From contig NZ_SMNA01000002.1 of NCBI RefSeq assembly GCF_004353825.1, positions 62,001 to 126,000 of the forward strand: a stretch of 64,000 bases of DNA, read 5' to 3'. A program made the position numbers and the translations under genes. The notes beneath the pieces were generated by a model. That model saw nothing but the letters and a program-made list of their open reading frames with translations, was not told where the DNA came from and made no database searches. This document shows, in pieces, positions 49,031 to 57,162 of the stretch (its first letter is position 1; each line of letters opens with the position of its first letter). Origin of the DNA: Occultella glacieicola. Lineage in GTDB: Bacteria; Actinomycetota; Actinomycetes; Actinomycetales; Beutenbergiaceae.

Positions 49031-50053
49031 TCACCCGTGCGCGCGCAGCCGCGGCGCGAGGTCTCGCTCGAAGAGCTCCAGGAACCGGCGCTGGTCCTGC
49101 CCGGGGGCGTGGAAGACGAGGTGGTTGAACCCGGCCCGGCGGTATTCGAGGACCTTCTCGGCGGCCTCGTCCGGGTCCGCGGAGACGATCCAGCGCTGCG
49201 CGATGGTCTCGATCGGCAGCGCGTCCGCGGCCCGTTCCATCTCGATGGGGTCGTGGATCGAGTGCTTCTGCTCGGCGGTGAGCGACAGCGGCGACCAGAA
49301 CCTGGTGTGCTCCAACGCAGCTTCGGGATCGGTGTCGTAGGAGAGCTTGATCTCGATCATCCGGTCGATCGTGGCGGGGTCCCGCTCGGCCTTGGCCGCA
49401 CCCTCGGCAACCGCCGGGATGAGCTTCTCGGTGTACAGGTCCCAGCCCTTGCCGGACGTGCAGATGAACCCGTCCCCGGCCCGGCCCGCGTACCGGGCCA
49501 CCATCGGACCGCCGGCCGCGATGTAGACGGGGATGCCGCCGTCGGGCCGGTCGTAGATGCTCGCGCCGTGCGTGGAGTAGTACTCGCCCTCGAAGTCGAC
49601 CCGGTCGCCGCTCCACAGCTCCCGCATCAGGCGGACCGCCTCGCGCAGCCGGGCGAACCGCTCCTTGAACTCCGGCCAGTCCTGCTCCCCGGCACCGCGG
49701 AACCCGGTGGCGATCTCGTTCAGCGCCTCCCCGGTGCCGACACCGAGCATGATCCGCCCCGGGTAGAGCACGCCCATGGTCGCGAACGCCTGGGCGATCA
49801 CGGCGGGGTTGTACCGGAACGTCGGCGTCATCACGGAGGTGCCGATCTGCACCCGGGAGGTCCGCTCCCCCACCGCCGCCATCCACGCCAGCGAGAACGG
49901 AGCGTGCCCACCATCGTGGCGCCACGGCTGGAAGTGGTCGCTGACCGCGACGCTCTCCATCCCGTGCTCCTCCGCCGCGACGGCGATCTCCACGAGTTCC
50001 CGGGGGGCGAACTGTTCGGCCGAGGCCTTGTAACCGAGCTTCAGGGGCAGCAT
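49031..50053 (-). CDS. fgd: F420-dependent glucose-6-phosphate dehydrogenase
   Basis: [47 protein letters not shown]. Confidence 0.95.
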   Translation of the reverse strand: MLPLKLGYKASAEQFAPRELVEIAVAAEEHGMESVAVSDHFQPWRHDGGHAPFSLAWMAAVGERTSRVQIGTSVMTPTFRYNPAVIAQAFATMGVLYPGRIMLGVGTGEALNEIATGFRGAGEQDWPEFKERFARLREAVRLMRELWSGDRVDFEGEYYSTHGASIYDRPDGGIPVYIAAGGPMVARYAGRAGDGFICTSGKGWDLYTEKLIPAVAEGAAKAERDPATIDRMIEIKLSYDTDPEAALEHTRFWSPLSLTAEQKHSIHDPIEMERAADALPIETIAQRWIVSADPDEAAEKVLEYRRAGFNHLVFHAPGQDQRRFLELFERDLAPRLRAHG

Positions 50054-50133
50054 GAGACATTCCTGTCGTGGCGGGTGCGGTGCCTCAAACGTAGTCGACA
50101 ATGATCAGCACCGAACGAGAGGGAACGCCGCGA

Positions 50134-51138
50134 ATGCTGATCGAGACCCGGGTCGACGGTCTGACCGTGCTCGTCCTCGGCGCCGGCGCGCAGGCCGCCC
50201 GCCTCGAGCGCCGCTATGCCGCCGCGGGCGCGCTGGTGCGCACCGCGTCGATGCCCGACGACGTCACGCCGGCCCTGCTCGACGGCGTCGCTCTGGTGGT
50301 GGTCGCCTTCACCCCGGCCGAGGTCTCGGCGGAGTGGGACCTGACGCTCGCCGGGGTGGCCCGCACGCACCTGCTCAGCCGCGAGCCCGAGGCTCCGGCC
50401 GGGCAGGTGACCCTCGTCGGGGGCGGTCCGGGCGCCGACGACCTGCTCACCCTCGCCGCCGTACGCGCCCTCGCCACCGCGGACGTGATCCTGTTCGACC
50501 GGCTCGCGCCCACCGATCACCTGGCCGACCTCGCTCCCGGCGCGGAGCTGATCGACGTCGGCAAGCGGCCCGGTCATCACCCGCTGGGTCAGACCGAGAT
50601 CGAGTCCCTGATGATCGAGCGGGCCCGAGCCGGTCAGCGGGTGGTCCGGCTCAAGGGCGGAGACCCGTTCGTCTTCGGCCGCGGCGCCGAGGAACTCGGG
50701 TCCGCGCGGGCCGCGGGGGTATCCGCGCGCGTCGTCCCCGGGATCAGTGCGGCGATCGCGGTGCCGGCGGCGGCCGGGATCCCGGTGACCTATCGCGAGG
50801 TCTCCCACCACTTCACCGTGATCTCCGGGCACCACCCCCTCTCCGGCGACGAGCACGCCCACCTGACCCGCGCGCTCACCCTCGGCGGGACCGTCGTGGT
50901 CCTGATGGGCGTCGGCACCCTGCCGCACCTGCTCGCCGGGCTGCTGCGGGCCGGGCTCGCCCGCCAGACCCCGGTCGCGGCGATCGAGCGCGGATACACC
51001 CCGGACCAGGCGAGCACCCTCAGCACCGTCGGGGAGGCCGTCGCCGAGGCGACCCTCGCCGGGATCTCCTCCCCCGCCGTCATCGTGCTCGGGAACGTGG
51101 TCCGGATCGGCGGCCGAGCCGACCTCCCCGGGACTTGA
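50134..51138 (+). CDS. cobA: Uroporphyrinogen-III C-methyltransferase with short CysG-like N-terminus
   Basis: [25 protein letters not shown]. Confidence 0.88.
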   Translation: MLIETRVDGLTVLVLGAGAQAARLERRYAAAGALVRTASMPDDVTPALLDGVALVVVAFTPAEVSAEWDLTLAGVARTHLLSREPEAPAGQVTLVGGGPGADDLLTLAAVRALATADVILFDRLAPTDHLADLAPGAELIDVGKRPGHHPLGQTEIESLMIERARAGQRVVRLKGGDPFVFGRGAEELGSARAAGVSARVVPGISAAIAVPAAAGIPVTYREVSHHFTVISGHHPLSGDEHAHLTRALTLGGTVVVLMGVGTLPHLLAGLLRAGLARQTPVAAIERGYTPDQASTLSTVGEAVAEATLAGISSPAVIVLGNVVRIGGRADLPGT

Positions 51139-51165
51139 CCTCAACCATGGTTGATGTCGTTGGGT
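51135..51165 (+). promoter_or_regulatory. MerR/SoxR-type promoter-operator
   Basis: TTGACC, then a 19-bp spacer containing the dyad TCAACCATGGTTGA, then TTGGGT. Confidence 0.7.
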
Positions 51166-51201
51166 GGGATCCCTGACCCACCGACCCCAGGGAGACCATC
51201 G

Positions 51202-52185
51202 ATGGACGCCATCCGCCTGCACGCCTTCGGCCCGCCCGAGAACCTCGTCCTGGACGAGGTCCCCGACCCCGAGCCGGGCCCGGGCCAGGTGTTGATCGCC
51301 GGGCGCGCGCACGGTGTGCACCTGCTCGACACGACGCTGCGCCGCGGCGAGCCCGGTCCGCTGCCGCTGCCGGCTCTGCCGACGATCCCGGGCCGCGAGG
51401 TCGCCGGCTCCGTCGCCGCGGTCGGACCTGGGGTCGACCCGGCCTGGGTCGGTCGCCGGGTCGCCGCGCACCTGGGGGCGGTGCCCGACGGCGGAGGTTA
51501 CGCGAGGCTGGTCGTGGCACCGCTCGAGGTGCTGCACCCGATCCCCGACGGGCTCTCGGAGGCCGTGGCGGTCGCGATGATCGGCACCGGCCGGATGGCC
51601 ACGATCGTGCTCGACGCCGCCCAACTCGAGTCCGAGGACAGGGTGGTCATCACCGCCGCCGCTGGTGGGTTGGGCAACCTGTTCGTGCAGGCCGCACTGC
51701 GGGCCGGCGCCCGGGTGGTCGCCCTCGTCGGCGGCCCGGCGAAGGCGGACCGATTCGCCGAGGTGCTCGCCGACATCGACACGTCCGCCCTCACCGTCCT
51801 CGACTATCGCGCCGACGACTGGCTCGACGAGGCCCGCTCGGCACTCGGCGACGGCGGCGCGACCGTGGTGTTCGACGGCGTCGGCGGCGAGTCCGGCACC
51901 GCGGCCGCGTCCCTGCTCGTCTCCGGTGGCCGCCTGGTCTGCTACGGCTGGGCCTCCGGCGCCGCGACCGACGTCCCGGCCGACGCCGCCTACACGGTGG
52001 TGCCGATCGTCGGACCCGGTGCCAAGCCGATCACCGACATCTTCCAACGCCAGCAGCATGCCCTCGCCCTCGCGGCCGCCGGCACGTGGCGTCCACTGCT
52101 CCACGAGGTCCCGTTCGCCGACGCAGCCGGCGCCCACCGCGACCTGGAGGCCCGGGCGACCACCGGGAAGGTCGTCCTGGTCTGA
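51202..52185 (+). CDS. MDR-family quinone oxidoreductase (zinc-binding dehydrogenase superfamily)
   Basis: FGPPENL, IPGREVAG, AAAGGLG, TTGKVVL. Confidence 0.9.
   Translation: MDAIRLHAFGPPENLVLDEVPDPEPGPGQVLIAGRAHGVHLLDTTLRRGEPGPLPLPALPTIPGREVAGSVAAVGPGVDPAWVGRRVAAHLGAVPDGGGYARLVVAPLEVLHPIPDGLSEAVAVAMIGTGRMATIVLDAAQLESEDRVVITAAAGGLGNLFVQAALRAGARVVALVGGPAKADRFAEVLADIDTSALTVLDYRADDWLDEARSALGDGGATVVFDGVGGESGTAAASLLVSGGRLVCYGWASGAATDVPADAAYTVVPIVGPGAKPITDIFQRQQHALALAAAGTWRPLLHEVPFADAAGAHRDLEARATTGKVVLV
52037..52179 (+). repeat. Direct repeat copy 1 (3' end of the quinone oxidoreductase gene)
   Basis: 143 bp, 13 mismatches against 53888-54030 by hand alignment. Confidence 0.9.
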
Positions 52186-52190
52186 CGTCA

Positions 52191-52248
52191 GCGAAGGGTG
52201 CGCTCTTGCGGCGCAAGGGCGCCATCAGCCGCGCGATGACACCCTCGC
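52191..52248 (-). repeat. REP-like unit, reverse-complement relative of 35139-35194
   Basis: Reverse complement reads GCGAGGGTGTCAT...TTGCGCCGCAAGA. Confidence 0.65.
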
Positions 52249-52280
52249 TCCGCGGAGTCTCAGCCTTGTTGACCAGGGAT

Positions 52281-52310
52281 GGTTGACCAACCATGGTCAA
52301 CCGGTAGAAT
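52281..52310 (+). promoter_or_regulatory. Toxin-antitoxin promoter with palindromic operator
   Basis: GGTTGACCA-acca-TGGTCAACC over TTGACC; TAGAAT 6 nt before the ATG. Confidence 0.7.
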
Positions 52311-52316
52311 CGACCC

Positions 52317-52544
52317 ATGGAGCACGTGAAAGTCCAGTACGCGAAGACGCACCTCTCCGCGCTGATCGCTTCGGTCGAGCGTGGCGAGGAGGTCGTCATC
52401 GCCCGAGGAGATCAACCCGTTGCCCGGCTCGTGCCCATCGAGGGCCGCGAGCACCGCGACCTCGGGTTCGTCGCCTACCCCGTACCCGACGAGTTCTTCG
52501 CGCCGCTGCCGGAGGACGAGTTGGCCGCATGGGAGGGCGCGTGA
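52317..52544 (+). CDS. Phd/YefM-family antitoxin
   Basis: AKTHLSALIASVERGEEVVIARGDQPVARLVP. Confidence 0.92.
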   Translation: MEHVKVQYAKTHLSALIASVERGEEVVIARGDQPVARLVPIEGREHRDLGFVAYPVPDEFFAPLPEDELAAWEGA

Positions 52545-52930
52545 CGTTCCTGCTCGACACGCATGCGCTGCTCTGGGCGCTCACCGACCCTGAACGCCTC
52601 GGTCCCGAGTCGAGCCGGATCATCTCCGCCCGCTCGTCCCGGCTCATCGCCTCGGCCGCATCGGCGTGGGAGATCTCCACCAAGCAGCGTCTCGGCAGAC
52701 TTCCGCACGCCGACGCGCTCGTCGGTGCCTATCCCCGACATCTCGATCGCTTGGGCGTTGTCCGGCTGCCCATCAGCGAGGAGCACGCGCTCCTCGCCGG
52801 AGGGCTCGAGTGGGCCCATCGCGATCCGTTCGACCGACTGCTGGCCGCACAAGCGATGATCGAGTCCCTGACGCTGCTGACCAAGGACCCGGCGTTCACC
52901 GGGCTTCCCGGGCTTGCGACCACCTGGTGA
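52541..52930 (+). CDS. vapC: VapC PIN-domain toxin
   Basis: GTG start overlaps the antitoxin stop; FLLDTHALLW, SAWEI, HRDPFDRLLAAQA. Confidence 0.92.
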   Translation: MTFLLDTHALLWALTDPERLGPESSRIISARSSRLIASAASAWEISTKQRLGRLPHADALVGAYPRHLDRLGVVRLPISEEHALLAGGLEWAHRDPFDRLLAAQAMIESLTLLTKDPAFTGLPGLATTW

Positions 52931-52980
52931 GTACGCCATCAGGGACCCTCTCCTTCGACCCGTGGACGTAGGGCTGGTGC

Positions 52981-53553
52981 TCACCCGACGACGATGGGTC
53001 GCAGAATCGGGGTCAGCCACCAGAGGATGACCCCCCAGGCCAGCGCAACGACGAGGATCGACGGCACCGCAGTCGTCCACCACCGGCGCAGGCGTCTGCG
53101 GACGGGGCGACCGTCCACGGCATCGCCGGGGTCTCCGTCAACCCATGCCCGCATGGCCCTGCCCGCGTCGGAGAGTCGCCGACTCACGAGGAAGGCCTGC
53201 AGGAGCGACGAGCCGTAGGCGGCCGGCTCGAAACTTCTCGAGTCGAACAGGTGCACGGTGATCCCGTCGTGCCACTCAACGTCCACGATCAGGGACCGGG
53301 GGATCCGTGACTCGATGATGACGTCCGTGATCACCAGGTCGTCGTCCTGGGCGTAGACCTGGGCGGTCCCGATCGCCCCGAAGAAGCCGAGCATCCCGGT
53401 GATCAGGACTGGATAGCCCACATACCCGGGCCACGCCGCATCACTGACCATGACGAGGGAGAACATCGTGAACACGACCACTGACGCAATCGCGCAAAGA
53501 CCGACGAGCACCGGCCGTGGTGGTGCCAGACTCAGCCGCGCAGCGGAGCTCAT
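52981..53553 (-). CDS. Hypothetical membrane protein (bacterial PH-like middle domain)
   Basis: Two TM helices, a beta-rich segment, and a C-terminal TM helix. Confidence 0.65.
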   Translation of the reverse strand: MSSAARLSLAPPRPVLVGLCAIASVVVFTMFSLVMVSDAAWPGYVGYPVLITGMLGFFGAIGTAQVYAQDDDLVITDVIIESRIPRSLIVDVEWHDGITVHLFDSRSFEPAAYGSSLLQAFLVSRRLSDAGRAMRAWVDGDPGDAVDGRPVRRRLRRWWTTAVPSILVVALAWGVILWWLTPILRPIVVG

Positions 53554-53887
53554 CGAGGCGTACCGCGCGCTGTTGGCCCTCGGCTGTGCTGCTCAGCGGT
53601 AGCGTCCCGGGTCGCCCGTTCCGGACCGGGCTCTGTGACCGGGTCGGAACGCAGCAGCGCGATGCCCGGGCTCGGTCCTCGCGTCATGCCGGTTCGTTCC
53701 AGCGCCCGCAACTCCTGCCCATCAGCCACGACCTCCCGTTCCGCCCTCGACGGATAGCGCAGAGTATCGAGCCGGGCGGTCGGGGTGTGGTCGATCGGCG
53801 TCGGAGAGTCGTGACCGACTCGGGCTGGCCGGTGGCGGCCGGAGCAGTGAGGATCGGGCAAGTTCGAGCCGCTAGCCCACTTGACGA

Positions 53888-54030
53888 ACATCTTCCAGCG
53901 CCAGCAGCGGGCGCTCGTCCTCGCGGCCGCCGGGACCTGGCGTCCGCTGCTCCACGAGGTCCCGTTCGCCGAGGCCGCCCGCGCCCACCCCGACCTGGAG
54001 GCCCGGGCGACCACTGGGAAGGTCGTCCTG
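53888..54030 (+). pseudogene. Orphan duplicate of the quinone oxidoreductase 3' end (direct repeat copy 2)
   Basis: Encodes IFQRQQRALVLAAAGTWRPLLHEVPFAEAARAHPDLEARATTGKVVL without the rest of the gene. Confidence 0.85.
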
Positions 54031-54064
54031 CTCGAGAATCGCGCATTCCGCACTTCTGTACGTC

Positions 54065-54616
54065 TCAGCGCGCTCGGCGGCCGGAGAAGATCCACGTCGT
54101 CCCGGCGTCACCGGCCACGGTGACTCGCACCTTCTGCCACAGCCGCGGCCGCGGGATCCCTGCGGTGTACTTGCCAGTGGCCAGCGCGGAGATCACGGCG
54201 AGAAGGTCGCTCTCCGAGATGTAGCACTCGGCACGTGGGATCTCGATCTCGAGATCCGAATACCCCACCCACAAGTACGCATCATCCTCTTCGATCACCT
54301 CGATCGTCCGAGGCGGCGAGACGCTCACTATCCTCAGAACAGGGGTGTCGTCGGCGCCGACGGCTCTCGCCCGCACCGGCGAGACATGAGCGACGACCCC
54401 CTCGTCATCCCGCCTGACTCGGTCCGAAACGTAGCCCAGCACGGGCCATCCCATCCCGAGCAGACTCAGGAGCGCAACAAGCCTGGAGGAGATCCACGCA
54501 ACCTTGCGCCATCTCCGGTTCGATGCCGTGAGAGCCCTGCGTTCACTGGTCATGCGGATGCTTCCGAGGCGCCACCCGAGTTCGGTCATGGAACACCTGG
54601 GGCCCTCTCTCAGCAT
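54065..54616 (-). CDS. Hypothetical protein with one TM segment
   Basis: ORF in a visibly lower-GC segment; start uncertain. Confidence 0.45.
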   Translation of the reverse strand: MLREGPRCSMTELGWRLGSIRMTSERRALTASNRRWRKVAWISSRLVALLSLLGMGWPVLGYVSDRVRRDDEGVVAHVSPVRARAVGADDTPVLRIVSVSPPRTIEVIEEDDAYLWVGYSDLEIEIPRAECYISESDLLAVISALATGKYTAGIPRPRLWQKVRVTVAGDAGTTWIFSGRRAR

Positions 54617-54719
54617 CCCGTCACCGACGGTGAGCGAAATCTACCGAGAGCGGTGATACGCAAGCAGCCGAAACAACGTCACAGATCGTCCACACGACGT
54701 GGCGCACCGTCAGATCCCA

Positions 54720-55850
54720 CTAGGCGAGCTCGAGCCGGTAGCCCCTCTTGACCACCGTCTTGATCAGGTCACGCCCGGCCGCCTCGCGCAGGCGGGCGAT
54801 GGCCACCTCGGCGGCGTGCGGGTCGGTGGAGTCCCCGGGCAGCACGGCCAGCACCGCCTCGCGGGAGACCACACCACCTCCCGCGAGCAGGCGCAGCACC
54901 TCCACCCCGGTCGGTGACAGCGGCAGCACCTGCCCGTCGAGGACAGCGACCCGGGACCGGATCTGCAAGGCGCCGACGGCGGTGTTCAGGGCGAGCGTCT
55001 CGGCGTGCTCATAGTGGCCGACCAGGGTCCGCACGAGCGCACCGAGGCGGCCCCGCTCAGGCTGCAGCGGCACGATCCCTCGGTGCTCCAACGGTTTCGC
55101 TGTGATCGGCCCGACTGCTGCGGCGATCATCGCACCCGACGCGAACCGCGCCACGATCTCGGGTCCGAACCCCTCCTCCTCGGCCGCGGACAGCCATGCC
55201 TCGGCGCCGGGAGCGGAGGTGAACACGACGGCGTCGATCTCGCCGGTGGCTGCCGCGCGGGCCGACGCCCGGACCGCGTCGGCGTCGAGGGCGGGACCCC
55301 ACCGGTACACGATCAGGCTCTGCACGTCGGCGCCCGCCTTGGCGAAGACCGCGTCCAGGCCGTCCGCTCCGGCGCCGTGATGCTGCACGGCCACCCGCAG
55401 GCCGGCTACCCCCTCGCCGAGCAGGACGTCGGCGATCTCTCCGGAGGTCTCGGACTCGGCGACCCAGTCGGCCTGCAGCCCGGCCGCCTGGATGGCGCCG
55501 CGGGCCTTCGGGCCGCGGGCCACGATCCGTGAACCGGCGAGCACGGCCAGCAGGTCATCGGCGATGCCGTGCGCGTCCGCGGCCTCGATCCAGCCGCGGA
55601 ACCCGATCCCGGTGGTGACGACCACGACGTCCGGGGCGTGTTCGACCAGCTCCCGGGTGTCGGCGATGAGCTGCTCGTCGTCGACGTTGGACAGGATGCT
55701 CAGCGCGGGCGCGTGCCGCACCTGGGCGCCACGCCTGGTCAGTGCCGCGGCGAGCTCGGCGGAGCGGCGGTCCGCGGTGATCAGCACGGTGCACCCGGCC
55801 ATCACCTGACCGAGGGCGGGCCTGCCCGACGGCAGGTCCTCGCGGTTCAC
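54720..55850 (-). CDS. nnaR: HemD-like domain fused to an OmpR-type winged helix (NnaR-like nitrate assimilation regulator)
   Basis: TADRRS, TTGIGFRGW, VQHHG; C-terminal HAAEVAIARLR...TVVKRGYRL; lies after nirBD. Confidence 0.82.
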   Translation of the reverse strand: MNREDLPSGRPALGQVMAGCTVLITADRRSAELAAALTRRGAQVRHAPALSILSNVDDEQLIADTRELVEHAPDVVVVTTGIGFRGWIEAADAHGIADDLLAVLAGSRIVARGPKARGAIQAAGLQADWVAESETSGEIADVLLGEGVAGLRVAVQHHGAGADGLDAVFAKAGADVQSLIVYRWGPALDADAVRASARAAATGEIDAVVFTSAPGAEAWLSAAEEEGFGPEIVARFASGAMIAAAVGPITAKPLEHRGIVPLQPERGRLGALVRTLVGHYEHAETLALNTAVGALQIRSRVAVLDGQVLPLSPTGVEVLRLLAGGGVVSREAVLAVLPGDSTDPHAAEVAIARLREAAGRDLIKTVVKRGYRLELA

Positions 55851-56740
55851 GCGAGGAGCACCCGGGCGCCGGGCGCCACGTCGTGACCCGCATGCTCGGG
55901 GTCGAACCCGGAGCGCACCCGAGCCGGGCGACCCGCCACCCCGTGGTCCCTGGTGGGCGCCGGCGTGAGCAGGCCCGGCGCGGCGACGTCGCCGAGCACG
56001 ATCACGGCGGGATTGCGCACCCCTACCTGCTCGGCGCGGGCGACCAGCTCCCCCAGCGGCGCACGGGTGACCCGCTGGGCCGGCGTGGACCCGTTCTCGA
56101 CGATGGCTGCGGGCAGGCCGGGGGCGGACCCGGCGGCCAGCGCCTGGTCCACGATCCGCTCCAGCATCGCGACGCCCATCAGGATGACGACGGTAGCGCT
56201 GCGGTGTTTCAGACAGGTGACGGCCGCCTCGTCGAGTCCGTCATGGCCACTGAGCACGTGGAACGCGGCCACGGTGCCGCGGTGGGTCACCGGGATGTCC
56301 GCGAGCGCGGGAACGGACAGTGCGCTGCTCACCCCGGGGATGATCTCGACGGCGATGCCGGCCTCCCGGCACGCGATCGCCTCCTCGCCGCCGCGGCCGA
56401 ACACGAACGGGTCGCCGCCCTTGAGGCGCACCACCACGCGGCCCCGCCGGGCCTGCTCGAGGAGGATCTCGTTGATCTCCTCCTGCGGCACCCGGTGGTG
56501 GCCGGGCACCTTCCCGACGTCGATGACCTCGACGTGCGGCGGCAGGTCGTCGAGCACCTCGGTCGGGGCCAACCGGTCCACCACCACCACGTCGGCCGTC
56601 TGCAGTGCCCGCCACGCCCGCAGGGTGAGCAGATCCAGCGCGCCCGGGCCGCCGCCGACGAGGATCACCCGGCCGACGCCGCCGGAGGCCCCTGCGGCAC
56701 ATGCGGCACCTGCCGCAGCACCCGCCCGCTGCGTGCTCAC
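55847..56740 (-). CDS. cobA: Uroporphyrinogen-III C-methyltransferase
   Basis: [25 protein letters not shown] start overlaps the nirD stop. Confidence 0.9.
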   Translation of the reverse strand: MSTQRAGAAAGAACAAGASGGVGRVILVGGGPGALDLLTLRAWRALQTADVVVVDRLAPTEVLDDLPPHVEVIDVGKVPGHHRVPQEEINEILLEQARRGRVVVRLKGGDPFVFGRGGEEAIACREAGIAVEIIPGVSSALSVPALADIPVTHRGTVAAFHVLSGHDGLDEAAVTCLKHRSATVVILMGVAMLERIVDQALAAGSAPGLPAAIVENGSTPAQRVTRAPLGELVARAEQVGVRNPAVIVLGDVAAPGLLTPAPTRDHGVAGRPARVRSGFDPEHAGHDVAPGARVLLA

Positions 56741-57162
56741 GCGGCCGGCTCCGCGGCGCCGTCGAGCAGTCCCACCTGCACCACGCCATCGGTGACCCGC
56801 ACCGGGAAGGTGCGCAGGTTCGCCTGCGCGGGGTCGAGCGGGGTGTACCCGACCGGGTCGAGGCAGGCGCCGGTCTCGAGGCTGAACACCTGCTTGTACA
56901 TCGGTGCCGCGACCGTGGGCCGACCCTGCCGGGTACCGACGATCCCGCGGGACATGATGTTCGCGCCGCTGTACGGGTCGCGCTGCTGCACCGCGCGGAC
57001 GGAGTCGTCCGGGAGCCGGAACAGGGCGATCTGGTCGCCGTCCACGAGCGCGGCGGCGCCGCGTTCGACCGCGAGGTCGTGCAGCAGACAGACGCGCACC
57101 CAACGCCCGACGGCGGTGCTCGCCTCGTCCGCGGCGGTGGCGGTGCTGGCGGTGGTACTCAT
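56737..57162 (-). CDS. nirD: Nitrite reductase small subunit
   Basis: QIALFRL, DPYSGANIMSRGIVG, APMYKQVFSLETG. Confidence 0.93.
   Translation of the reverse strand: MSTTASTATAADEASTAVGRWVRVCLLHDLAVERGAAALVDGDQIALFRLPDDSVRAVQQRDPYSGANIMSRGIVGTRQGRPTVAAPMYKQVFSLETGACLDPVGYTPLDPAQANLRTFPVRVTDGVVQVGLLDGAAEPAA

Noticed and set aside
53554..53887. ORFs 53550-54095 and 53517-54224 as genes
   Set aside because: They run across the duplicated fragment and show no recognisable domain; probably decayed DNA.
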